Below, in pieces: positions 50,588 to 60,391 of a DNA stretch of 64,000 nucleotides (positions within the stretch are counted from its first letter, which is position 1; every line of letters starts with the position of its first letter). The notes beneath the pieces were generated by a model. It was given only the letters and a program-made list of their open reading frames with translations. It was not told the DNA's origin and made no database searches. The position numbers and the translations under genes were made by a program. The stretch comes from Obrimoposthia wandeli (Eukaryota): the NCBI GenBank assembly GCA_977020255.1, contig CDROCS010003444.1, positions 1 through 64,000 of the forward strand, read 5' to 3'.

Positions 50588-51793
50588 TTAACGCCCAGCG
50601 ATCGCTAGCGCATTCTCAAGGTCGCTCCATAATTCATCAGCGTTTTCTAAACCAATAAATAGACGAATAACTGTTGAGCTCACTCCAAAATCTTGAGCTG
50701 AATTGAACTCCCCACTTTGGTTGACAACGGCTTGAGCTGGAATGATTAAGCTCTCATACCCGCCCCAACTGACGCCCAACCTAAATATATTTAGAGCATC
50801 GCAGAATTTTGGAACACTTAAGTGCGCATTTAATTCAAAACTAAACAAGCTACCGTAACCTGTTAGACTGCCGCACCCTTCATCCACGAGTGCAGGATGA
50901 TAAACCCTATCTATCAATGGATGCGCTGCTAACGCTTTAGCAATGGTTAAACCACTTGTGCTATGTCGCTCCATACGCAGAGATAAAGTGCGCAATCCGC
51001 GAATTAATAACCAAGCTTCATGGGCAGATAACTTACCTCCCAAAAATGGACTAACATTTTGCTTCACTTGGTCAATTAAGCGCTGGCTCGACACCACCAC
51101 TCCCGCCACAGTATCACTGTGCCCCGATATGTATTTAGACGCAGAATGCACAACGATATCTATGCCTAATGTCAGTGGCTTTTGATATAAAGGAGTTGCC
51201 CAAGAATTATCGATAATAGTCACTACATCATGTGCATTCGCCAGTTTCGCTACTTTTTCTAGATTCTGCTGCTGCATTAACCAGCTGTTAGGACTCTCCA
51301 GATATAAAAGTTTAGCGCCGGGTAAGTGTGCGGCGATAGCTTCTAAGTCAGTGCCATCAACAAATTTAACTTTGACGCCGAAACGATCGCAAAACCCACG
51401 CAAAAAACGGTATGCATCAGGGTACACGTGGTTAATACATAATATTTGATCGCCGCTTTTTACAACACTTAATATGGCATTGCTAATAGCAGCCATACCA
51501 CTACCAAAAGCCACAGCGGCTTCAGCTCGCTCCAGTTTTGCCATTTTTTCCTCAAAAACAGCTACCGTCGGATTATCAATACGTGAATATAAAGCTTCAT
51601 TACTATCTCCGCGAAAACGGCTCAGCATATGGTCATAATTCGCAAAAGAGAACAGTGACGACTGATATATCGGTGGTGATACAGCCCCTTTATCATAGCG
51701 TTCATCATGCACTAATAGTGTTTCATCAGATAGAATTTGCTGATCGGCTTTTCCTGTTTCTAACACTCTTTCAATATTTTGCTCATCGACCAT
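50588..51793 (-). CDS. Cys/Met-metabolism PLP-dependent lyase (cystathionine gamma-synthase/beta-lyase family)
   Basis: PPIYQSSLF, YSRIDNPT, GSGMAAI, IDNSWATP, HSASKYISGHSD (PLP Lys), GVSWGGYESL, IRLFIGLE. Confidence 0.88.
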   Translation of the reverse strand: MVDEQNIERVLETGKADQQILSDETLLVHDERYDKGAVSPPIYQSSLFSFANYDHMLSRFRGDSNEALYSRIDNPTVAVFEEKMAKLERAEAAVAFGSGMAAISNAILSVVKSGDQILCINHVYPDAYRFLRGFCDRFGVKVKFVDGTDLEAIAAHLPGAKLLYLESPNSWLMQQQNLEKVAKLANAHDVVTIIDNSWATPLYQKPLTLGIDIVVHSASKYISGHSDTVAGVVVSSQRLIDQVKQNVSPFLGGKLSAHEAWLLIRGLRTLSLRMERHSTSGLTIAKALAAHPLIDRVYHPALVDEGCGSLTGYGSLFSFELNAHLSVPKFCDALNIFRLGVSWGGYESLIIPAQAVVNQSGEFNSAQDFGVSSTVIRLFIGLENADELWSDLENALAIAGR

Positions 51794-52511
51794 CCGCTAT
51801 TCTCCGTATATCTCGTTCTGTGACATCTAATATTTCGTGGGTTAATTGCTTTGCCAACTTAGGATCTCTACTTTTAATGGCATCAAATAGCTTGCGATGT
51901 AAATAAAATGAATCATCGGCAAAATTTTGCTCAGGAGGCGCTTCAAAAAAAGCATGGAATGCGCTGTACATCTCTTTGACGATGTTCTCAAACATTGGGT
52001 TGTGTGTTGCGCGATAAATTGAAGAGTGAAATTCCCAATCCTCATCCCCAGCTCCTCCATAAAGTATGTGTACTCGTTCTACTTCATCGATGCATTTTTC
52101 CATGTACAAAAGATCATCTTCAGTGGCGCGTACCGCTGCATAAGCACTTGCCTCTGCCTCTAATGCTCTTCGTATTTCTAAAGTATGTAAAATGCTAGTT
52201 GAATCGCTTTTAATATTTAATGATAAAAAGCTATCGCCGGGATGAATATGTGCTTTAAGAAAAGTCCCGCTACCTTTGCGTCGATGAATAATACCTAACG
52301 CTTCCCAGCGCTTAAGTGCTTCTCGCACTGTATTACGACTTACTTGTAAACGCTCTACTAGCTCACGTTCTGCTGGTAACTTATCTCCTATCTGCATTTG
52401 ATTGTTAGTAACAAACAAAGCCAATGCATCTAAAACCAATATATCACTACGTTTATTGCTTACAGGCGTAAGAATACTGGGCTGTAATTTTGCAGAAGAA
52501 ATATCACTCAT
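51783..52511 (-). CDS. GntR/FadR family regulator
   Basis: GDKLPAERELVERLQVSRNTVREAL...GSGT plus an FCD domain. Confidence 0.92.
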   Translation of the reverse strand: MSDISSAKLQPSILTPVSNKRSDILVLDALALFVTNNQMQIGDKLPAERELVERLQVSRNTVREALKRWEALGIIHRRKGSGTFLKAHIHPGDSFLSLNIKSDSTSILHTLEIRRALEAEASAYAAVRATEDDLLYMEKCIDEVERVHILYGGAGDEDWEFHSSIYRATHNPMFENIVKEMYSAFHAFFEAPPEQNFADDSFYLHRKLFDAIKSRDPKLAKQLTHEILDVTERDIRRIADGR

Positions 52512-53693
52512 TTTGAAATCCCAACTTATCTAGATTTTGTCTTTTAATATCATGCAATTAAATTGGCCCAACCACTTTGTAAGAATTATTTAAGCATAGC
52601 TTTAGTCAAATCTGCAACCGCTTATTTTGAGTTTAGCAAGCTCGCCAAATTTGATTGACGTGTAAACAATTGAAAGTAAAACAACATCTTGAAATTGGTC
52701 CAACAAATTTTTTATCCATTTATAATTCAAGAAAACTTGTAATGGCTAATACTTACAAAAAATTTGTCTGCTTGATTTTCTTAAGTAACCAGTAAAAGCT
52801 GCTTTACAACGAACGGCTAAGTTGCTGAAAGTAGGGAATTTGATGCGCCATTTAATGAAGGGAATAATACGAGAGAAGGTCTGGGTATCGATAATGCTTA
52901 TCAGAGCCCTCTATTAACTATTTTTAATGCATAAACCACTTGTTGCTATATTGTTTTTGTTACTTCTACATTAAGCTCAAGAGCCACTTGGGTTTAAAAA
53001 TGCTATTTATTGCATTGAGCGAGTTGTCGATAGATATAAAATACGCAATACTTAAAAGAATATTAGCACTGCTAAGTTTTGATCATCGAGCGGAAACGTT
53101 TAATTCAAAAAACACAAAATTCCAGGCCATGCCTGTTGAAACTGTTCACTTTTTTGGTTTTATTGTGACTCATTTATTGATTAATCTATCTAGCTAACAC
53201 ATGTTTGATAATTGTGTTAATACGCTTTTAAGCAATGCTAACTTCCCTTTCTTACCGAATTCGCCCATGATTATCAAGCAACATATTATTCGCTTGTATC
53301 AAAATTTGCTTTATTATGGCATTATTTTTCAAGATCCATGGCGAGCTAATACAATTTTCGTATCTTTATAAGTCACTTGGTCATTTACTGAAACAATAAT
53401 GTTTTATCGATGAGCACAAATGGATAGTGACGATACAATCTATACAAAACACCTTCACATTAAAATTTTAATGTAAGTGACGAAGGCTTAATCTACAAAT
53501 GAGTCCGCAAAAAACGGAGTTTATGCAATGGACAAAAATAACTTATGTGCATCAAAGTTCGATAAGTTTAAAAATAATACGCAATTATTTTTAAATAAAA
53601 AATATAGTAAATTTTTCTTTAAATTAGACTGGCTATTGTTTCTCTCTTTTGTGGTTTTAGTCACTTTATTATTACAGTAATCATATTCATAAA

Positions 53694-53844
53694 CATTGCT
53701 GTCCGGTTAAAAAATGTAAGCTCTTTACTCATTGATTTGTGGTTTCCTAGTATAGTTAATTGGGCTATTTCAGCCAAATAATACTTATGGGTGACGTAAA
53801 ATCAATGAGTTATAGAACAACAACAATTAAACCGGACACTAATG
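53694..53844 (+). mobile_element. MITE-like element, copy 4 (best-preserved TIRs)
   Basis: CATTGCTGTCCGGTTAA...TTAAACCGGACACTAATG; internal IR ACTCATTGATTT/AAATCAATGAGT. Confidence 0.88.
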
Positions 53845-53849
53845 ATTCA

Positions 53850-53890
53850 TAAATGTGATTTTTATACCTTTCACCAAAAAATCACATTTA
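53850..53890. other. Perfect 14-bp inverted repeat next to MITE copy 4 (hairpin or operator)
   Basis: TAAATGTGATTTTT-N13-AAAAATCACATTTA. Confidence 0.55.
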
Positions 53891-54247
53891 ATTGCGTGAA
53901 GGCTGCTGTGTAAGCTTCTGACTGATCACCTTGATAAACTCAAATCGAATGATAAGCGCTTAATAACTATCTTGGTGTCACTTACAAGGTAAAGATATTA
54001 CCCGCCTTATACTACAGCGTTAAATTGAAATATGCTTAACGAAGATTACTAAGCGTTAAAACTCTTCTACCTTGCCCTTAAAACACTTTAACGATTATTT
54101 CTTTCGTGATCCCCAATGCCTTAGCTCAATATCATCCCTCATTTCAAGCTTAATAAAGCAAATAGTGAATGATTAGTATCATGACCTTTATTGCTGACAA
54201 ATAACTTGATGTCAAAAAGCCAAGCAAGCCATTAATCATGAGTGCAT

Positions 54248-54337
54248 TTTATATCGCTGTTGCACTTTAAATCGCTGTTACACTTTATATCGCTGTTACA
54301 CTTTATATCGCTGTTACACTTTATATCGCTGTAGCAC
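54248..54337. repeat. 18-bp VNTR x5
   Basis: Unit TTTATATCGCTGTTACAC with minor variants. Confidence 0.92.
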
Positions 54338-54434
54338 TTCAAACGCCTAAAGGTGCAATTCTCGATGCATGATAGCAATCATTAAGGTCTATCATTATTG
54401 ATGGCTTTATAATAGATAATAGATAGTGGAATGA

Positions 54435-55346
54435 TTAATGAATTTGTAATAGATAATGAGCTTCTTCCACTACTATTGCATGTCGTTTTGCCAGTGCCAA
54501 TTGATCTTTATCGTATCCGCCACCAATTACTGTCGCCACGGGAATTTTTAATTCTAAACAACGCTTTAAAACATAGCGATCACGCTTTCGTATGCCTGCT
54601 AAACTCACGTTAATAAGGCCCAGCGGATCATCTACATACACGTCCACTCCCGCATCGTAGATAATAAAATCTGCTTGACTCAAAGCAACGGCTTCTTCAA
54701 AGCCCTCCATCATCAAAGTTAAATATGTATCATCATCTGCTTCTGCCGGTATTTCAACATCCAGATCACTTTGTGCCTTACGCGCCGGAAAGTTTTTTTG
54801 ACAATGAACTGAGCAGGTATAGACTTGGGGTTGCTGCGCCAAAATTCTTGCAGTGCCATCTCCCTGATGCACATCAACATCGAAAATCAGCACTTTTTTC
54901 ACTAATTTTTGAGCCAATAGGCGATTAGCTGCAATGGCTAAATCATTGAGAATGCAATAACCCGAAGCAAAATCATAATGCGCATGATGTGTCCCTCCCG
55001 CTAAATGACATGCTATGCCATGTTTAAGTGCTAATTGACACGTAAGCAACGTACCTAAAGGTGATATCAAAGTTCGCCTAACTAGCGCTTCACTCCAAGG
55101 TAATCCCATTCGGCGCAGGGCCTGTTTATCTAATTTATTGGTAATAAATTGTTCAAGGTACTCTTCACAATGAGCATGCATTAAAAGAGCTATATTTGCT
55201 TTCGCCGGTCTATATGTGTTTTCAATAGTCGCGATACCTACTTCAGTGAGGTATTGATGCAACAAGCGGAACTTCTGCATAGGGAAACGGTGTTTATCAC
55301 TAAATTCATAGCTATAAGCTGGATGAGAAACTAGAGGTAAGTGCAT
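54435..55346 (-). CDS. Histone deacetylase family (class II-like) amidohydrolase
   Basis: HRFPMQKF, AGGTHHA..DFASGYCILND, DVDVHQGDGT, YDAGVD, IGGGY. Confidence 0.92.
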   Translation of the reverse strand: MHLPLVSHPAYSYEFSDKHRFPMQKFRLLHQYLTEVGIATIENTYRPAKANIALLMHAHCEEYLEQFITNKLDKQALRRMGLPWSEALVRRTLISPLGTLLTCQLALKHGIACHLAGGTHHAHYDFASGYCILNDLAIAANRLLAQKLVKKVLIFDVDVHQGDGTARILAQQPQVYTCSVHCQKNFPARKAQSDLDVEIPAEADDDTYLTLMMEGFEEAVALSQADFIIYDAGVDVYVDDPLGLINVSLAGIRKRDRYVLKRCLELKIPVATVIGGGYDKDQLALAKRHAIVVEEAHYLLQIH

Positions 55347-55821
55347 AGATTGAAGCGGCTCGCTTTTAAAAATAATTCATAAGTAATGACGACAGCTTAG
55401 TATTCAAGTGTATAAAGCAACATAGCTTGTTACTGACTACTAGGTAATAATTAGCTTTCATCCGTAAACAAAAACTAACTGAGATTTTTGATTATTGCAG
55501 TTAGTTATATGGTTTTTCTCGATAATATTTTCTACATCTTACCCTTAATATATTCAAGCATTAGTAGTTGTTTGCCTATCTATAAGTGAGTTAGCTTTCT
55601 CTATAATTTTACAGTTATTTTAATCAAATCACTTAAAAAATAAACCTGGATATCTGCTATAAATAAAAGTATCGACCTTAATCGCAGTCTAATATTTGAA
55701 CACAAATACTATTTATTAACTAATAAATTGATATGGATCATTATATTTGTATTCAATTGTAATTACACAACTGTACAAATATTTTTAAAGCGCTAAACTC
55801 CATCTCGTTCAAATCGTTGCG

Positions 55822-55855
55822 ATATATCATATATCATATATCATATATCATATAT
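55822..55855. repeat. 7-bp microsatellite (ATATCAT)x4 plus a partial copy, upstream of the MCP gene
   Basis: Directly visible tandem repeat. Confidence 0.9.
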
Positions 55856-55998
55856 TACTGCAGCTTTTCATTGCCTTTACATTTTTCAAAAACGCACATG
55901 AAAACATCTCAAGTTAACCGTAAAGGCAATAATAGCAGCAAAAGCCACTATTTAATGCACGAGCAATTACACAGATCTCTTCACAAGGCCTATGACCA

Positions 55999-57630
55999 AT
56001 GAACTTAATTAGCAACCTTTCAGTGCGATATAAACTTTCACTGATTATATTTCTATTCTCCGCACTTATCCTAGTTCTAGAATTTGTCAATTTAACACAT
56101 ATGCGCGAGCAACTAGAAACCTCTAAAGCTGATCAATCTAAAGAAATAGTAATGAGCGCCAGTAACATCGCCGAACACTTTTACGACCAATACAAGAAAG
56201 GTGATATATCCGAAGCACAGGCGCGTAAATCAGCTTTAGAAGCGATTTCTGCTATACGCTATGATGATCAAAACTATGTCTTTATTTCAGATTTAAATGC
56301 TCACATGATCTCACATCCCATCAAGCCACAATTAAATGGTAAGGATATGAGCAACACTAGCGATCCTAATGGGTTTAAACTATTTACTGAGTTTGCTATT
56401 TTGGCAAAAAAACAAGGTGGCGGCGTCGTAAATTACTATTGGCCAAAACCTGAATTTGTTGACCCTATAGAAAAAACAACCTATATCCACCTGATGAAGG
56501 GCTGGGGTTGGGTATTAGGTACTGGTGTGTATGTTGACGATTTAGATCAAATTTTTTATCATGAATTAATTAATGCCATCATTTTGCTATCCTTAATAAT
56601 GCCTATTATTCTCATAGTAGCGGTTTTTATTTCACGTAACATCACCCGCCCTATCGCCCAAATCAGTGAAGCAATGGAACATTTAGCTAAAGGTGATTTC
56701 ACAGTAGTAGCCACTTACACTAGCCGTGATGAAATTGGCCATTTAGCAAAAAGTTTAAATACCACCACACATGCGCTGAGTAATTTAATTAGACAAGTAG
56801 AGAGCTCTTGTCTATTGATTAAACAATCCACCCAAAGTGCTGCGGCAACAACCGTGCAAACCTTTGATGGCATCAATCGCCAAAAAGATCAAACCGAAGC
56901 GTTAGCCGCTGCCGTTAACGAAATGTCGCTGACATCGCAAGAAGTAGCCCAAACAGCCAATCTTACTGCTGATCACAGCCGTAGTGCAGATAGCGCTGCG
57001 CAGCAAGGGCGCGAAATTGTGGAATCAACAATAGGGAGAATTAATTTAGTTTCTTCTGAAATGCAAAGCCTGCTGGTCACAATGGAACAGTTACAACAAG
57101 ACACAGAAGAAGTAGAAACGATCCTTAATGTTATCAGCAATATATCCGATCAAACTAACCTACTTGCACTTAATGCCGCTATTGAGGCCGCTCGTGCAGG
57201 CGATCAAGGTCGTGGTTTTGCTGTCGTCGCTGATGAAGTCAGGCAATTAGCCAAGCGTACCCAAGAATCTACCGGCCAAATTAGAGAGCTAAACGAGCGC
57301 TTAAAAGCAGCTTTTACCAATGCTGTTACTATGGTTGAAAAAGGCCATGAATATACACAACACAGTACTAGTAGCGCAAAAGATGCCAGCGATTATATAA
57401 ATACAATATCATCGAAAATTAATGAAATACTGCAAATGAATGATCAAGTAGCAAGCTCGGCCGGCCAGCAAAGTATCGTCGCAGAAGAAATCAACCAGAG
57501 TATTTCAACCATTTCGAGTATTACAGAAGAAACTAGTTTAGGCGCTAATGAAACAACACAAGCTACCCAGTCGTTAGCGGATATGTCGATACAGCTGGAA
57601 ACACATCTACAAAAGTTTAAGGTTAGCTAG
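55999..57630 (+). CDS. Methyl-accepting chemotaxis protein with a single Cache domain
   Basis: [62 protein letters not shown]. Confidence 0.95.
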   Translation: MNLISNLSVRYKLSLIIFLFSALILVLEFVNLTHMREQLETSKADQSKEIVMSASNIAEHFYDQYKKGDISEAQARKSALEAISAIRYDDQNYVFISDLNAHMISHPIKPQLNGKDMSNTSDPNGFKLFTEFAILAKKQGGGVVNYYWPKPEFVDPIEKTTYIHLMKGWGWVLGTGVYVDDLDQIFYHELINAIILLSLIMPIILIVAVFISRNITRPIAQISEAMEHLAKGDFTVVATYTSRDEIGHLAKSLNTTTHALSNLIRQVESSCLLIKQSTQSAAATTVQTFDGINRQKDQTEALAAAVNEMSLTSQEVAQTANLTADHSRSADSAAQQGREIVESTIGRINLVSSEMQSLLVTMEQLQQDTEEVETILNVISNISDQTNLLALNAAIEAARAGDQGRGFAVVADEVRQLAKRTQESTGQIRELNERLKAAFTNAVTMVEKGHEYTQHSTSSAKDASDYINTISSKINEILQMNDQVASSAGQQSIVAEEINQSISTISSITEETSLGANETTQATQSLADMSIQLETHLQKFKVS

Positions 57631-57919
57631 TTTTTTGGGGTTTTGAGCTCATCCTTACAGCTAAAACAGGTATCAGATGAGCGCTTTGCAAATGCGCTCA
57701 GAACTGACCAGGTGATTCATTTAAAAGTAGACTATAATCAAATCGATATAAATGCATTGCGCAAAAATAAAATAACCTGATAGTTTGAGATAAGTACCAT
57801 CAAAACGCTGGACTCTTTAAAAAAATTCTCCGGGGTATGTAGGATAGTTAACTAATAACCACTTTCGGTTGAATTGTATTTCCTGCTGGTATACTTTCTC
57901 AATTTTATAGGAATTAATA

Positions 57920-58570
57920 TTGTTCGGTGATAATCAAATAAACGCTGCTTCATCAACTAAACTTCTAGCAAAGCAAATTCGCCGCGACATACGACTTGGA
58001 GCTCGTGTGCCAGAGTCTGAGCTGATTGTTGATGAGCTAATGCTGGAATATGGCGGGAGTTCTCAGCATATAAATGCAGCACTAGAAACGCTTTTGATTG
58101 AGGGTCAAATTGAAAAAACTGCCGATAATTACTTCAAACTTACCAAGCCTAAAGAAGCAGATATATCTGAGCTGCTCAACAAACGTGCTAAAGTGGAGTG
58201 TATCGCTTTGGAGTGTTCATTAAAAAAAGGCAATATCCATTGGCAAGGAATGGTTGTTGCCGCTCAAAAAAATTTACTTGAAACGTTAGCCCTAGCAGAG
58301 CATAACCCTGATCTTTTCATACCCGCTCTTGAAGAGAGTAATAGTTTATTTCATAAAAGCCTGATAAGTGCTTGTGATGTACCGAGCATTATTGCCCAAC
58401 AAGACATGTTATACCAACAAAGCAGGCAAGTTAGATTAGCTAAAATAATGGACAACGAGTTAGATTACAAGCATATGAAATCTATCTTAAATTCACTCGT
58501 CGCCGCTATTTTGGAAACTAACATTACGCTTGCGAAACAGTTATTAACGCTTTTTATCACCTTTAGATAA
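57920..58570 (+). CDS. GntR-family regulator (FCD domain), divergent sequence
   Basis: IRRDIRLG...L..EG.I N-terminus; NSLFHKSLISAC FCD-like segment; TTG start. Confidence 0.65.
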   Translation: MFGDNQINAASSTKLLAKQIRRDIRLGARVPESELIVDELMLEYGGSSQHINAALETLLIEGQIEKTADNYFKLTKPKEADISELLNKRAKVECIALECSLKKGNIHWQGMVVAAQKNLLETLALAEHNPDLFIPALEESNSLFHKSLISACDVPSIIAQQDMLYQQSRQVRLAKIMDNELDYKHMKSILNSLVAAILETNITLAKQLLTLFITFR

Positions 58571-58906
58571 CCACTAAATCAAACATCCACCTAGTATCAC
58601 TTTTGATTTTAGCTACTATGCTATATACATCTACCCCATGCTACTGCTGCTCTTTTAATGAGCTTTCAGTCGCCCCATAACACCCGGCATGCGTGTTACA
58701 TTGTATTTTATTTCATTGAACAGTCCTTCTTAAAACATAGCGATAACCATCACAAATGAGTGAACTCTGTAAATAAAGAGTTAATACGCCGTAAAATATC
58801 AAGCAATAAAACTTGACCCAAAAGTCAGGTTTTAGTCTAATCGTCTTTAACAATGAGATTTAGTGGTATCACAAGGCTCATAAAATAATAATAAGGAGGA
58901 TTAACT

Positions 58907-60391
58907 GTGATCGAATTTTTACTCCATGATGAAAAAATAACTTTAAATGACATAGACCCAAACACCACAGTATTGGAATTTTTAAGAAGCCAGCAACAGT
59001 TAACAGGCACGAAGGAGGGCTGTGCTTCTGGAGATTGCGGCGCTTGCACAGTTTGCATTGTAGAGCTAAATGCACAAAACCAATTAGAATATAAAAGCAT
59101 TAATGCTTGTATCACTTTTATTAGTGCTTTACACGGAAAACAATTAATTAGCATAGAAGCACTCAAGCAGCAAAACCAATTGCATAGCTGCCAGCAAGCC
59201 ATGCTAGATTCAGACGGCTCACAATGCGGTTTTTGTACTCCTGGCATTGTTATGTCATTATTTGCTTTGCAAAAAAATCAAGCATCTTATAACAGGCATA
59301 AAGTTCAACAAGCGCTGGCAGGAAATCTGTGCCGCTGCACCGGCTATCGCGCGATTGATAATGCCGCCAAACAAGCACTTAACTCCCCTGTTGTTGATCA
59401 TTTTGATCCTCGGGCATCTTCTACTCTTGCGTCATTACTGGATATTCAGCAGCAATCTGCCAACAAAACAACGCAACTCATACAAGATGACAAAAGCTGT
59501 TACATTCCCAGAACAGCGGTAGACTTAGCACAGCTTCTAATCGAACATCCACAAAGTACACTGGTGGCTGGAGGAACTGATTTAGCTATTGCGGTAACTC
59601 AACATGGCGCTTCTTTTAAACAGCTGATCGCTTTGAACCAAGTCGCTGAATTACTCGAATACCACAAAACCGATCAGCAAATAACATTAGGCGCAGCACT
59701 TTCTTTAGATCGTTGTCAGCAGCTCATGGCAGATGCATTTGCGGATTTTGCTATTTTATTAGATCGTTTTGCTTCTTTGCAAGTACGTAATCAGGGAACT
59801 ATTGGTGGCAATATTGCCAATGCTTCCCCTATTGGCGATATCCCACCAGCACTCATTGCTCTTGATGCACGTCTACAATTAAGGTGTGATAAAACACTTC
59901 GAACAATGCAGGTTGCTGACTTTTTTATCGATTATCGTAAAACAGCTTTGCAAAGCAGTGAATTCATAACTAACATCATTATCGACATTCCTACTAAGCC
60001 TTTCATCTTCAAAATCTATAAAATTTCAAAACGCTTAGATGATGATATATCAGCTCTTTGTGCGGCCTGCTTTTTACAATTGGATACTCAAGGGAAAGTG
60101 CTGCAAATACGCTTGGCATATGGTGGTATGGCAGCGATTGCTAAACGGGCTTTGAAAACAGAACAAGCATTATTGGGCAAGACTTGGAGCAGAGAAAATA
60201 TTACCCTTGCTACAAACAGCCTTAGTGATGATTTCCAACCACTGTCCGACTTTCGAGCATCAAGTGAATATCGCCTCACTGTAGCAAAAAACTTACTACA
60301 CAAGTTTTTCATTGAGTCTACTACTTGTGATGAAACCTCTTCAGATAGTGCTGATTTTTCTGCTCATACAAGGATTTTTGACTATGTCTAA
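58907..60391 (+). CDS. xdhA: Xanthine dehydrogenase small subunit (2x[2Fe-2S]/FAD)
   Basis: GTKEGCASGDCGACTV, QCGFCTPG, GNLCRCTGY, AGGTD, NASPIGD, KISKR.DDDIS. Confidence 0.95.
   Translation: MIEFLLHDEKITLNDIDPNTTVLEFLRSQQQLTGTKEGCASGDCGACTVCIVELNAQNQLEYKSINACITFISALHGKQLISIEALKQQNQLHSCQQAMLDSDGSQCGFCTPGIVMSLFALQKNQASYNRHKVQQALAGNLCRCTGYRAIDNAAKQALNSPVVDHFDPRASSTLASLLDIQQQSANKTTQLIQDDKSCYIPRTAVDLAQLLIEHPQSTLVAGGTDLAIAVTQHGASFKQLIALNQVAELLEYHKTDQQITLGAALSLDRCQQLMADAFADFAILLDRFASLQVRNQGTIGGNIANASPIGDIPPALIALDARLQLRCDKTLRTMQVADFFIDYRKTALQSSEFITNIIIDIPTKPFIFKIYKISKRLDDDISALCAACFLQLDTQGKVLQIRLAYGGMAAIAKRALKTEQALLGKTWSRENITLATNSLSDDFQPLSDFRASSEYRLTVAKNLLHKFFIESTTCDETSSDSADFSAHTRIFDYV

Noticed and set aside
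52940-53197. 85-aa hydrophobic ORF
   Set aside because: AT-rich, TTG start, no RBS and no recognisable domain.
58678-58698. TAACAC-N9-GTGTTA palindrome or purine riboswitch upstream of xdhA
   Set aside because: Too short to support on its own, and the purine-riboswitch core motifs are absent.
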